Below are positions 13,230 to 25,550 of a stretch of DNA of 64,000 nucleotides, piece by piece; position 1 is the stretch's first letter; each line of letters starts with the position of its first letter. Where the stretch lies: the NCBI GenBank assembly GCA_977030845.1, contig OZ365111.1, forward strand, positions 11,780,001-11,844,000. Reading direction: 5' to 3'. The notes beneath the pieces were generated by a model that was not told the origin of the DNA, searched no databases, and worked only from the letters and a program-made list of their open reading frames with translations. Origin of the DNA: Fimbriosthenelais zetlandica. Taxonomy: Eukaryota. Made by a program: the position numbers and the translations under genes.

Positions 13230-13600
13230 CTGATATATGTTCTGAATTCTTACACCATTTCATGAACATAAATCGACTTTAATATGAAGTACAATATGCA
13301 GTGATAATAATTATAGGCCTAACGTTGTTCCCTGTGGGATACCAAAATATGTGGTCATGAATTAAACTATCAAAGATAGAAAACAACAAGAATTTTAAGC
13401 CAGTGGCAGAACATTTCAATGACATATTTCATTATGTAATATACCCAATAGAAATTGGTATTATACTTTCAACAATCCCAAGAAAGTAAATGAATTAAAA
13501 TCCTGCCGTTAATAAAGTATAATCTATAATATATAGGCCTAAAGTTGCTCCCTGTGGGATGGCACTATAATTATGTGCTAATGAATATACATTCTACATG
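13230..13600 (-). mobile_element. CR1/L2-type RT fragment with internal ~221-bp duplication
   Basis: GIPQGTTLG (13314-13343) and AIPQGATLG (13535-13564) on minus; IYVHE (YVDD-like) follows the first copy. Confidence 0.55.
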
Positions 13601-13649
13601 CACATGAAGGAGAACTGAAAATGGCTTTGTGACCTCCCTGACATCACAC

Positions 13650-15050
13650 GGTGTTTTGTCTCAGGAATTCCACATTGCTTTCAGGTAAGGAAATGTACTA
13701 CTCCCCTTTATATACCACGCTCTTCCCTGACCTTGTCATAGACAAGCCTGATAGAGGAATCCTATCCCCATCAGTCGATACAATACACTCGCCCTTTATA
13801 CAGTCCCCTACATGAAAAGATGCACATGGAAGCATTCACATGATTCACTGCTCTAGTCACAAGGTTCATAATTCAACACCATGTCCCTCACCCCTTTTCT
13901 CAGCCTCAACAAAAGCCCCTCCTGGCCACTGGGGTCGGGGTAACTCGAAGAGCCCAAGCATCAATGTGCTGACAGCTCTGGCCATCGTAATATGATAGTC
14001 ATTGGCACTTCTTTACCATGATTATCAATGACTAAGTAGAACCCCCATTATTCTGCCTGTCTGAATTGCTGCTGATTTGCAGATCATACTCTATAAATTC
14101 TAGTTATATACCGCACAATGTCTAGAGGTAGGATGTATTTTGTATGGTATAAGAGGAGAGGAGCTGGAGAGGGAGATGAAAGCAATGTCATTATACCCAC
14201 CCCCAATGCCATGTCACATGTTATGGCACCCTTGGAAGGGCACATCCTGCCGTGCATTGAGGGAGGGAGACCTTTTCTTTGTGGTCGTTTTCGAAGCTGG
14301 CTGCCATTCTAACTCGATGGGCTTCTCCCCCTATAGAAGAAGACAGGTTGTCGCAGGAATGAAGGTGCCAGCTCGGAGGAATGTATACAGGACAAGGGAT
14401 AGGTATGCCCGAGCTTGGGTGCTAGGAAAACAAAACGAAGGAGCCCCGCGGGAAATTGAAAGTCTCAAAGCCTCTGGCCTGATAGGAATAAGCAGTGCAG
14501 AAGTGGGCCATTCATTTCGATGTGTGTAGTTGCAAGGAAGCCACTGGCACCTTCAATGATGATAGCTGTTGGTCTATTTAGTATAATTCAAAAGCTTCAG
14601 GCTCCATTGACCGAGCAGAAGATGCTATAATGGCGGAGCATTGAGAGGGTAAGAGCGAGCTTTACTGTAAGGCATCTTTCTATGGGGCCTACCACTTATA
14701 ACAGTACACTGTTCACTCACTCAGTTTACATGAACGATCACCTCCTGCTGATTATTACCCATTACCTATTCATATTTAGAGGTAGAACCCTAAAAGCTGC
14801 ACCCAAAAGCATTCACCCCAAGAGGGGTTTCACCCATTAAACATTCAGGTGGACCTCCTTAGCACTTCCCAGCCCACTGGGACATTCTGACCCCTCAGTC
14901 ACATCCCTATTGCCCTTTCCCTTTGCTCCAACAACCAAAACCCATAACATAAATGGATTCCATGGAGATAAACATCCCTCACACTCTCTCCCTCCCTCAT
15001 GAATCCCAAATGGTGAGATCACACATTGAGACTGTTTATAGATCGCTATT
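13650..15050 (-). mobile_element. Decayed DIRS-type element (gag and RT N-half)
   Basis: FPAGLLRF (lPf.g..LFG); GYNDIAF; GAFVEAEKKG.R.MVLN (lFlVpKkdG..RpilnL); GECIVSTD (GDwmvSlD). Confidence 0.5.
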
Positions 15051-15100
15051 CGCAAAACAGCCATATTTCCTTATTTGAGAATGGCAAGATTGTGCCATCT

Positions 15101-15490
15101 GGAGCCTGTTTCAAAAGGAATACTGTATTAGCCATAGACTTAGCATTGCTAATATTCCTTTTGAAAATGGCCCCTGAACACTAAGATCTCCATTCCGGAC
15201 AGCAAGCTGAAGATTTCTGGAATGCCAAGAAAATCTTTTCAGAATGCATGTCCATCTCCATTCCAGTTTGTCATTTCCAAGGAGCAGTACACTTCGCTAA
15301 TTCCAAAGTGCGAGATCACCACTTTAGAACAGCACCCACACTTTTTTGAGATGGTGCGATCGCTCTTCTAGGAGCCCGTTTCAAAACAAAAATTGGCCAT
15401 AGACCTACCATTGCCAACAAAAACTAGCCATAGATTTAACATTGCTAATATTCCGTTTGAAACAGGCCCCAGAACGGCATGATCGCCATT
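15101..15490. repeat. Two copies of a ~75-100-bp palindromic unit, 270 bp apart
   Basis: GGAGCCTGTTTCAAAAGGAATA..TTAGC / GCTAATATTCCTTTTGAAAATGGCCCC (15101-15174) and GGAGCCCGTTTCAAAAC... / GCTAATATTCCGTTTGAAACAGGCCCC (15371-15470). The core GCCATAGA occurs three times. Confidence 0.75.
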
Positions 15491-16399
15491 AGCAAACAAC
15501 CATTCCCAATAGGCGATCACCATGCTCCATTTGCATGCTGAAATGATATGGGACATATGTATACACGGTGGAATTCAAGTCTCAGCTTCATGTAAATTGA
15601 CCAAGCAAAGGAAGCAAGTAAATTGAAGTTGGGAGTTCTCAGGGGAAGTTCCCCAGACATTACTTCATACCTCTCGTGGGGATCTAGCATGGGTGCTTTC
15701 TATGGATTCCTAAGGCCACAAGAGTCAAATAAGTGCATTAAAATTTATTCCATACATGGAATCTATGGATTTCCATGAATCAACATCATGTTTTGTACAG
15801 TCTTACAAACAATAGATTGCTCTCATTGGAATTCATTATCCATTTTCCACCAGGGAAAAAGAAGATCTATACTTTCATGAAACCAATTAAAAGTGTAATT
15901 CACCTTATGATCACAACAGACGTTTCTTTGTTAGGGTGCGCCACTAGCTTCTGTCAATCATGGCATGCATATTTTTTCATCGAAAACATATATACGTAAA
16001 TAGACATATAAAAACATATCTAGGACTATTATAGATATATATGATATAGCGGACGGTATAATTTGATATGATGGCTCATACGACATTTTGGACCATATGG
16101 TCTTTATTCCTTAATAAGTAATATATGCCTCCCATTCACTTTTTGGCTGACATATGTCAGATGGAAAGACGTTTATTTTATGTTAGCAAAAACTGGGTCC
16201 ACCTGTATGTATGGAGTAGTGGATTCTTTATAAACCATTGATTTTTTCTATTTAATTATACATTATAATCCCGATAGAAGTCACCGTATATCCGTCAGAA
16301 TAACCCTTTGTAAAGATGATGGACGTCCCTAAAGTCATCTCCCAAGGGGGACTCTATGAAAGTCTTGCTTATCACCTATAAATCTAGGCATTGATAAAG

Positions 16400-16760
16400 T
16401 ACATTATAAGTCACTGTTCCCCCTACAATATTCCCTTTTTAAACCTACTCAGCTTGATTAATGTTTCCCTTGAAATATGACACTCGCCGATCCTGCCTTA
16501 TGAACCGAATGGCTTCCTTTGAGCCGACGTCCTCAAGAGTGTATTATTCCCAGGTTATCTTCAGACACATGTTCCAAAAGGAGATAGGTTTCATTATAAA
16601 CATAACTATGATGATGATTAATCTTGTCCAGGTACACAAGAGACTGTGCCACGTCTAATTTCATAGGGGAGAAATAGCCGGCCCACGGGGTCGGACCACC
16701 GGTGGCAGGAGTTCTTTGCTTGGTTCCCGTTTCAGGGTAGCCCCATGGGGCCTGCATGAC
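16400..16760 (-). mobile_element. Decayed Gypsy/Ty3 RT fragment
   Basis: PWGY (PFGL), LVYLDKINHHHS (LVYLDDIIIFS), EHV, then VIFQGKH*SS*VG (V.yLGH.vs..G). Confidence 0.55.
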
Positions 16761-16908
16761 AAATGAACTTGCTCTTCCTTTCCCCCCGACCTTTTACCCT
16801 AAATCCCCAAACAAGCAACTCCACTCCTCGCTAATCGTAAAAGATTCCCAGGGTAAAGGGAATCACATGCTACAAAATACTTTTTATGATGATCCATCCC
16901 CTAGACGG

Positions 16909-16948
16909 ATAAGATCATTTTAAAAAGGCCATTTTAAAATGATCTTAT
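16909..16948. repeat. Perfect 17-bp inverted repeat with 6-nt loop
   Basis: ATAAGATCATTTTAAAA-aggcca-TTTTAAAATGATCTTAT. Confidence 0.9.
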
Positions 16949-17239
16949 TAAATGTCTGAATTCCACGTGCTCTGCTATAGTTTTTCACTGAAATAACCAC
17001 TTTGTAAAAGGACTTTGGAATTTTATTTGTTAAAATGGCATTACATTAGTTTGGGTGCTTTGTTTTATCAACGTTGTAATGACCAGCCCAAATATTAAGT
17101 CATATATGTTATTAAGGCATATATGTCTTTGAGGTTTTACTTAGGGTCATTCGAATCTTAGACAAGATTATAAAACATAAATCATTAATCGATAATATAA
17201 TATTATGTAATTTATGTGGAGATTTCTCTTGGTCATGTA

Positions 17240-17810
17240 AATGTTTGAAATGAATAACAATACCATAGACATAGGCTCCTTGAATCCTGGAGGATTCAGT
17301 GTCACGTTCATCCACAAGGGGGCACAACCGGCCGTGTGTCTATTCACTGTACTCCCCATTGTAATAACAATTGGATTTTTACCTCTGATAGGTGATAGTA
17401 TATTTATGTTGGTCAGTTTAGGTATTGCTTTTGTTCTTTTGAATCGCATTTTCTTCTTGCGAGGATAAAAAAAATTGCATAGGGGTTTTTACTGATATGA
17501 ATATCATCGTATAATTTTATAAATATTATTGCAGTTTGTGATGTGGTTGCATTTTTATTGCATTAAATGGCATAACTTTTTTTTGCTGATGGCCTACATT
17601 AATATTGAGTCATATGCATTGAGTCATTTATATGCCATGGTTATTGCTTATGATACTGCTTTTTCAACATTATTGCTGAAAATGCAAACAGTTATTGTTC
17701 GGTGTGGAGATATATTTATCCCCAAGAACCCGTGTTTGATCATCATTTCCTCTGAAACCGAATTCTATTTGCCATTCTCAGACGATCAAACAATTGCAAG
17801 TCGCTTTTGG
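17240..17810 (+). mobile_element. Decayed CR1/L2-type RT fragment
   Basis: NPGGFSVTFIHKG...VLPIVIT (P..Wk.a.VtpihKg...YRPIs), LHRGF, PQEPV, FSDD. Confidence 0.4.
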
Positions 17811-18449
17811 TGAGAGCTTTTCCTTGCATTCCATTTATCTCCGCGTAATTCTAAGCTTTAATCGCCCACCGCTGGAGCCGATACTGCCAGCAGATGGTCA
17901 TTAGACTCTGATCTATCACTAGATGGATTGTGCTAATTGGCATTTAAAAGGCTGACCTTGGGAAGGGAGTGAGAGAGAGAGAGAAAGAAAGACAGGGAGA
18001 TCTGCCATTTTAAACTCAGCCTACATCCCTTACATCACGTCCTTGACATAAATCACTGGGCCAAAGCTTAAAGAAAGTCAATCAATAATTAACTTCTGCT
18101 GACTATCATCACTTGGGTTTGTCTGTGACAAAGATGCATGGAAGTAAGGCTTTATTGGGGTCGGATCTATTATCCCACCACGTGTGTGTGCTTTTGTTGT
18201 ATTTCCCCGTGGCAGGCGAGCACTTTGTAGGTGCTTATAATACATTACATGTATTTGCATGGGGCATGTGAGGCGAATGGAGGGAGGGGAATGGTATGTT
18301 CAAATGTAATCAGAGTTCATAGGGTTCTAACTGACGCAGATCAAAGGCTCACATCAATGGAGGGACCCAAATATAGTAGCTGGTATCCTTATAGAACCCG
18401 AATAATCCATTCAGGTTTTGTGGTTGGTTGAATTAAGATTTCACATGAT

Positions 18450-18900
18450 GAGAGATCACTGCGATTTGTGGATCTATATATAGTAGAATTATGATAAGGG
18501 GGATATCCAGTATATCACTATACCCAGGGGTCAATAGACTAAGCCAATATTTTCAGCAGCCCATCCCAAATGAAGTGTCAACAGATGCCGGAGAGAACCC
18601 GTGTGGCCGGGTCTTTGTGCACGCGCTCATAGATTTTGGCTCAGTGCCAGGATTGGAGCCATATCGCTTGGTTGGCTGCGGTCGCGCGAGCACAAGCGAG
18701 CAGTACATTATTATCGAGTCGCTCTTCTGGGCCAGCGAGCAGGCTCTAAGGCCCGAGCAGCAAGCATGTCACTGAAACATCACTCGCTCCCAACCACAAG
18801 GACCACTTGCTAACATTAATCATTTCCAATGAACAGTTTGGCAAAGACCCCTTTTTGTCCGAGAAATTTGTACGGAGTGTGATCAAGTTGTGTAGATGGT
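18450..18900 (-). mobile_element. Decayed LINE RT thumb fragment (CR1/L2-like)
   Basis: YKFLG...VHWKMIN, then MYCSLVLARP...YGSNP (lY.slVRP.leY...W.P). Confidence 0.4.
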
Positions 18901-19759
18901 ATTTACAATACGAAATTAAGTAGGAGTGAATCGGGAATACTAAAAGGAGAGTCGCGGCTTGGCCTGAAAGAGGAAGAAATGGAGGGTTTTTAGCTGCTGT
19001 CAGAGGATGGTTGATTTAGTGTTTGGTTAATGACATGAAATGCTTGCACAAGCATGTCACAACATGTAGGGCAATAAGTAAATGGCATGGATGAGAAAGG
19101 CACATTCCCAAGAGTGTAATCACTTTCAATAGCCAGAGAAGCATCAAAACAAACAATGATTCTCTCCTTCCTTTGGGAGTACGCTGCAAAAAAAATACCA
19201 GCAACATATTCATGTGGAATGTCGTTCATAGACTTTTTCCTTTCTGGTCCCGTTAAAATGTACCCTCACGTTTGAATCGATGTAATTTCAGAATACACTG
19301 TAGTGCACTTACTGGATCTGGCAATAGTTTGCAAAAATTCACTGGTGAAAATGTTTGTACATGCATGCATTTTAAGTTACATGTATAGTTAGTTACTTTT
19401 CTTATAGGAATGTTTTCGTATTTTTCTTTTCGATAGAAGTAACTTATCATTGTGTTATCATTTCGGATTCTCGAAATAGTTTGAAAGACAGTTTGTCACA
19501 TTCTTATCGAGGTCATCCTGGATATGCCATCATCCGTGACCTTTTTTGGCCTCCTGACCCTACCCCAATCTACCCTTTATTCTCCTATATACCTCCTATG
19601 ATAGAAGAAGACCATTTTCCGCAGCGATGATCATACTCTGTGTCACCCCGCGTTCATGAGAGAACAACCACCCGAGGTATAAAATGGTATAGACCCCTGC
19701 CTGCTTCTTTGAAGTGCTTGGTGTGGCCTATGGGTATATCAGTAGATTGTGATCGCAAT

Positions 19760-20040
19760 GCCTAGTACCCATGCGCGACCGCTAAACTAGTTCCACTGTC
19801 ATGCCATTACACAATTGCGTTACTCCTGTGAGGCTAGTAAATGGTTCCAAAGCCCGCCAAAAAGTGAGCCTGATGTGGCCCCGACATGGGAGATGGTCAT
19901 AAATTACCTCACAGCCAGTCGCTATCTATTGCAAAACGGTTTCAGGTTTCACTGCAATATGGGTTACAAATCAAGGGGGATGGGATTTGTATGGCCAGCT
20001 ATCTGTGAGGCCGGTTCCAATATCCCTCGTTCAAAACAGG
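19760..20040 (+). mobile_element. Decayed LINE RT N-terminal fragment
   Basis: ATAKLVPL, HYTIALL (NYRPISLL), SK, NYL....LLQNGFR, ICEAGSNIP (lskAFDtVp). Confidence 0.4.
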
Positions 20041-20099
20041 TCCCTAACACATAATCTCTTCATCCATCCTTCTCTATCTGTTAGAAGCGTGCCGGGCAG

Positions 20100-23000
20100 A
20101 GAAGTGTATTTCATGCCTTTGCCTGTGTGATTTTGGTGGAATAGGAAAAGTATTCGAGGTGAAGTTGAGGGAGGATGGAAAGAAAAAGAAGTTACACAGA
20201 AGTGATGAACAGGGTTGGGGGAAAGACGATTTACAATGGATGGGTAAGAGTATGTAAATACTATACAAGATAAGGACAGAGACATATGCAGGCATGCTCG
20301 GAGAATATGGGAAGGGTCGAAGGTACAAAAGCCCTTATAATTCCTTTAAAGACAAATTGGGATGGCAGGGTGGGAAAAACGTCTAGGAAGAAAAGAAATG
20401 AAAAAAGAACTTTCGGGGGAGATGAAGCAAGAAGACGAAGGCTGAACAGAGGAGAGGCAAAGAGAAGAATGCAGAAAACAAGATCAGGAAGACAGGAGGG
20501 TTTTCAAGGAATAGAGGCAGGAGCACATGGGAGGCTGCGAAGCGAGAGGAGGATCTGGAATAAATGGAGCTGCAAGGACAAGAGGAGCAACAACAGGATG
20601 TTCATAGAGGACAAAACCATGTTCCAGATGGAGGAAAACAATCGCGTTTTTCCTCTTCACGTGGAAGCCACTATACTGCAGCCCAATCACTGGGTGTATT
20701 TGTTATGTAATGGAAACGTGCAGTGCAGCAATGTGGAATAGTAAAAAGAGGATGTGAATTTATGCCTTTGTTCTTGGAGGAAGTGCCAAGCTTTGTTTGC
20801 CATGTCTCTGATTACTGTATGCATTGTTGAATGCTATCAATATGAATGGATGAGCCTCAGAGTGGCCAGTGCATTTATGGGCAATACACATGGTTATGCA
20901 CAATGCTGATCGATATTAGCCATCCATACATGCCTTGATATTCGGTTTATACCACTCGACTGAAGGAAAGATCCAGAACAATGCGTATACCCTTCGCAAA
21001 AGATGGGAATAAAAACTGTTTTCGAAACGTGAACCATTCCATATCTTGCATGGCATGCATTCACTGGGATCTGTGAAATCACTTTGAGGAAGGAAGCTTA
21101 TAGGTAAATACAGCCCTTGTCAGCTATGATATGGCCATTTGTCTTAAGGGATCCAAACCAATGTATGTTCATATATCTCAATAATAACCTCTTCATAATT
21201 ATCCCATCATGATCCTTATCGGATTCCAGCATGCTAAGGGCCCATAGCAGATTGCCATGGGATCCTCTAGCGTTTTAATTACACTTTGACAGCTGAGCAA
21301 ACAAATCCATCATGAGCCTACCCCTTCAATCTTCAGCTTCCATCGAGGCCACCAGGGTTCGAGCCATGTGTACAAAGCAGTGTCAGGCTATAGGAAGGAA
21401 CAGCAGGAGGAAGGGTGGGAACAGGAGTATGAATAGAAGAACAGGAATGAGTTAAGAGGCACTGAAATAATGAGCAGGATTATTAGGCAGGGATGTTTAG
21501 GGGAAATGGCTTTCCGAATTTGGTTTACTAATACTAGATGTAGGGACGGAGTGGAATGAAGAAAAGGCAAGCCCTTAGGAAGCAGCTGGGAGAAGAATAG
21601 GTGGATGATAGCAGGCAGAAACTAACAGTCAGCAGATGCTGACGAAAAAGAAATATGAGACTAAGATGCTGCGAAGTTATAGGAAATGCTATCGAGACTT
21701 GGCCTGCGACTGGTTTCTTTGATAACACGAGATACCCAAGGAACAAGCTGGTATCCTACTCTCTGTTACATGCTGCATGCAAAGTTACCTCAGCTTCCAG
21801 AACCTTCTCCTCCTAATCTCTCTCCCCGATAAGAATGTATCCCTTCTCCCTCCATGGACCAAAAGCAACACAAATTGTCCAACAGGCATGACGGAAGCGG
21901 AACCGTTCTCTCAACGCATGCAATATGATATAGTCGCCCAATCTCTATAGCGATATCCTGGCCTTCCTCCAGCCGATTGCAGTGACATGGCCGAGTGCGG
22001 GGCCTTCGAGATAACGCTTCGACACTGCGATCCCAATCAGACCCCTCCCTTATACCCCAGTCTGTCTGTCATGAAACCTTAAGGGAAAACTATTATCGGA
22101 TCTTAATGACAGGACGCCATCAAAAAATTAAATGATTTGAGAAAGGCGATCTGCATGAGCACTTGGATATGGGAAATGTCATTCCATAGTTTGTCAATTA
22201 AATCCACGGTGTCCGCGGTCCGTCATTGCTTGTGAGTTTCTGCCATGCGTGTCCTATACTAGATTGAGTAATGGTAGGATTCGTCGTAATTTAGTCGTCA
22301 ATCATAAACGGATGACCTTCACATTGCGGCTCTGGATAAGGCAGGCATTCATCAACGGATTATAAAGAGATCCCGAATCACGTCGCTTCTTTAAAGCACA
22401 ATTTAAAATGGGAAAACTTCCGGAGAAAAGAAGTCAAAATGAACGTATTTGTGACATGATGAAGGAACCACAATACTATTTATGGTTATTGCAACCATTT
22501 CTGTTAGGTCGAGGACATTTAATTTTGGTATAACAAGAAGCAATTATTTTTCTAACTGAATTAAGACATGCTATGCGTGCTTTCTCCCCATCACATCTGG
22601 ACCTGACCTTCGGAATTTCAGTGTCCAACACCTTTATCTCAAATATCGAATGAAGAGCAAGGAGCAGTCATTTGATATTAATGACAGTTGCTTTTGTCTA
22701 AGGTACCAAAACAACTTTTACGAGGGATTGGACATACACTGAAGTTAGTGAAAACTTCTGAGTGTCCTTGAAACTACACTGGCTTCCTATACCAAATATA
22801 TATGCGATTCATCCAACCACTGCACCATATCCCTAAATCAAGACGGCTTTTCCCAACTTTGGCCATCTCCCACGGAATATGCTCTCCTCACTTGCAACTG
22901 AAAGAGAGACTAGGAAATTGTGTAAAAAGCTTTTTGATTTATCCATGCCTTGAGAGGCGGGACTGGAAAGGTCTGGACAAGCCTCATCAAGATCCTTCCG

Positions 23001-23300
23001 TAAACCACGGGAGATGTTAGCCAGATTACCAAGGTCCATTCATGCAGCCTCCAAGCCGTTTCCACGCGGACAACAGCTGGACATTAGACTAATGGCTGAA
23101 GCCCCAACGGTGAAGAAAACGAAGGTTTCTTCTCCAGCACCTATCATGGTGGTGGCACATTAAAACTCCTCTCCCGAGTATCGTTCAACATTCAGTCATG
23201 CTCATGTAGAAGAATATGTCCTGTTGGGCTGGACGTTGTTGGTAACAGCTTTCTCTCTCTGTACGCATGATTTCCCCTATGGATGCTGACATTACCAACC
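20100..23300 (+). mobile_element. Decayed I/Nimb-clade LINE: basic ORF1 tail plus nearly complete ORF2 (EN-RT-RNase H)
   Basis: Colinear on +: KWSCKDKRSN (qWNcrGlrsN, ~20560); FQMEE; TVCI; MGNTH (MGDFNaH); GS..DHF-like (~21070); LISL; aacgcttcgacact (KAFDT, ~22015); LNDRT; GVRGPS; acggatgacctt (ADDL, ~22305); PEK; FLLG; YRMKSK...FD; TNG*S (TDGS, ~23087). Confidence 0.7.
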
Positions 23301-23783
23301 CCCCCCCCCCCTCCTCTGCTCACTCTTCTGCAGTTTATGCCCTTCTTCACTTCTCAATATACACAATGATAAGCTTCTTTTGAGTATTTTTTTTCAATTG
23401 TGGACTAAATACATGATCGGATATATGTACGCTTTGCCTGCGGTTTCACAAGACTCTTAGATCTTGGTGTCATAATAATATACTTTAGAAACATCGTTTC
23501 CCACTATCTTCAGGGTTTTTGTATCCTTGGACTACAATATACTTCAAAGGCTCTGGAGTATTGTGTGATTGACTGGTGGATGAACATTGGAATCCATAGA
23601 ATACAATACTATATATTCCTATTATTATCTATCTGTCTGATCCATGTAAGCTCAGCTTAACAACTACGTCTCCCCATTTAAAAAATTTAATGTAAAATCT
23701 GTAAATTTCTCAAGTAGAAATTAAAACCGATCCTCCAAATTTGCCCTTCAGTGCATGATCCAAACCTATTCTTCACTGCTCTT

Positions 23784-25550
23784 TTAGACAAAAAGACAAA
23801 GGCTATTCATATATGTAGATTTAGCTAATACATTATTGGTCTTGACCCATGTAAATTTAGTCGGAAGCCCACTCACATTTACACCCAGGACGTTGATCCC
23901 TCTCTCTCCAATTGTTCCCCTGGGCATGTCCATAATGGAGAAATCCAGAAAACCTGTCCCCTGATTCCAGGGCAAGTGATCCCTCCCCCCTTTTGGTTGA
24001 GAAGAGAAGAGAATTTCGAATGATATTGATTGGACATCGAATGTTGACAGGCCTGGGAGATGAATGAGGGGAGTCTGCTGTATCCGGTCTTCAGAATTCA
24101 ATAGTTGTATTTCTATAGACACCAGAGAATGGTCACATTGATTAGTCTCCTGCCACTGGCCTCTTTTTAACACCTTGCAGGTCCCAATAATAAAGCTATG
24201 CAGTTTATTCGCCTGCAGTGTTTCGGGTACTTTATGACCTTTCCTCATGAAACTCGATGTTGCGTCTATAAAGCAAGTGAATCAATTTTCAGAGGTAAAT
24301 CACAATTTTTGTTTTTTATTGGTCGTATCATTGTTTTCGGTTTATGAAAGGGTTTATTATGAGATGAGGGAATGGCTCTGTCAGAAATGTTCACATTTGC
24401 CCCTTGCTATGACAGAATATTCAACATTGATCACTTGGACCAATAACAAATTATCTGATCAATATACTGGGCTTCTCAGCAGCAGCCAACCGTTATCTCA
24501 AAAAGTTTCCAGGGTTGAAAATGAACGTACACTATTCTCCATTCTCCGAGAAAGTACTTTTAGTTTTCGGAAGGTTTAAGCCTTACCTGCAGGACCCAAA
24601 CGGAATTTGATTTATACACGTATAACGCTTTCTTTATCTCAAGAACCAGTGCAGCTGTTCTAATTCTCCTTTTCAGGAATTCAGTTTTGCAAACATCTCG
24701 AGGCGTAATCAAGTAAATTAAGGAGATGAACATGAAACGCTCTGTCCTTAGTGCTTGCCTTGCCCCAGTTCCCTGAACATGAACGCGGAACACTATTATC
24801 ATATACAAATTTGATATGCACTGGGGAATAGGAGTACCAAGCACTAGTTACCTCTAATGGGATCGGAGCCATTGTCATGGGACAAGGCGAGTAAGGAATG
24901 GTCCAACGCTCCTGACACATGAGATTTTTTGTCAGCATTCACATCGAAATTTCGCCACAGAATTTAATACCCTTCTCTGAGAGCACTCTAAAACAGTTTT
25001 CTCACGAGTATACACATACTAGCAAAGTGTATGCTAATGCGTTATGAAGCTCCCGCATTGAGCCCACTGCTGGCCCAGCATATGTTCACTTGAAGGAATG
25101 AGAATGATAATGTAATAATAGGTAGAATGTCCAGCCGTCCTGCACCTGCTCAGGCAGATTTCCCTAATGGCCTTTCAGGCCTTCTGACAACAAGCAGGGG
25201 AAGCCAATCTATCGCCCAATTAGCAAAATAAGATTCCAACAGCAGAAACTGTGTGCGGGACCTGAGCCGCTCCTTTTGACCGACATTCTGCTTGTGTGAT
25301 CGTTGGCCTTGATACCCTGTCACCGTTTAGCCTGCCTCCAATTAACCCTACGTTGGTTAAGAAAAAATGTTGGACCGCCGATTCCAGACCAAGGAATATT
25401 TCCCTATGGCCACAGATGGTCCACTTATACTGATGTATTTCACTGCTTTGCTTGCTTCTCCATTTATACCATATGCTTTGAAATAAAAATGCAAAGTGTT
25501 CGGGGCGACATACGTTTCTGTCCGCATACATAGATAGGCTTTATAAAACA
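23784..25550 (-). mobile_element. Decayed L1/Tx1-type LINE (ORF1 RRM region and ORF2 endonuclease)
   Basis: ORF1: IFLGLES..VQHFFL...DRVSR (IF.GipE..v..fl...dRaHR). EN: QANKLHSFII (qaSRLDyFLi), CDHSLVSIEI (SDHs.v.l.l), PGLSTFDVQSI (GpG.WkfN.sl), MPRGTI. Confidence 0.6.

Noticed and set aside
19835-19865. KWFQ homeobox-like string
   Set aside because: Better explained as the SK..E position of a LINE RT between YRPISL-like and QxGFR motifs.
20286-20741. 151-aa K/R/E-rich ORF as a gene
   Set aside because: Low-complexity purine tract plus the decayed start of the LINE endonuclease.
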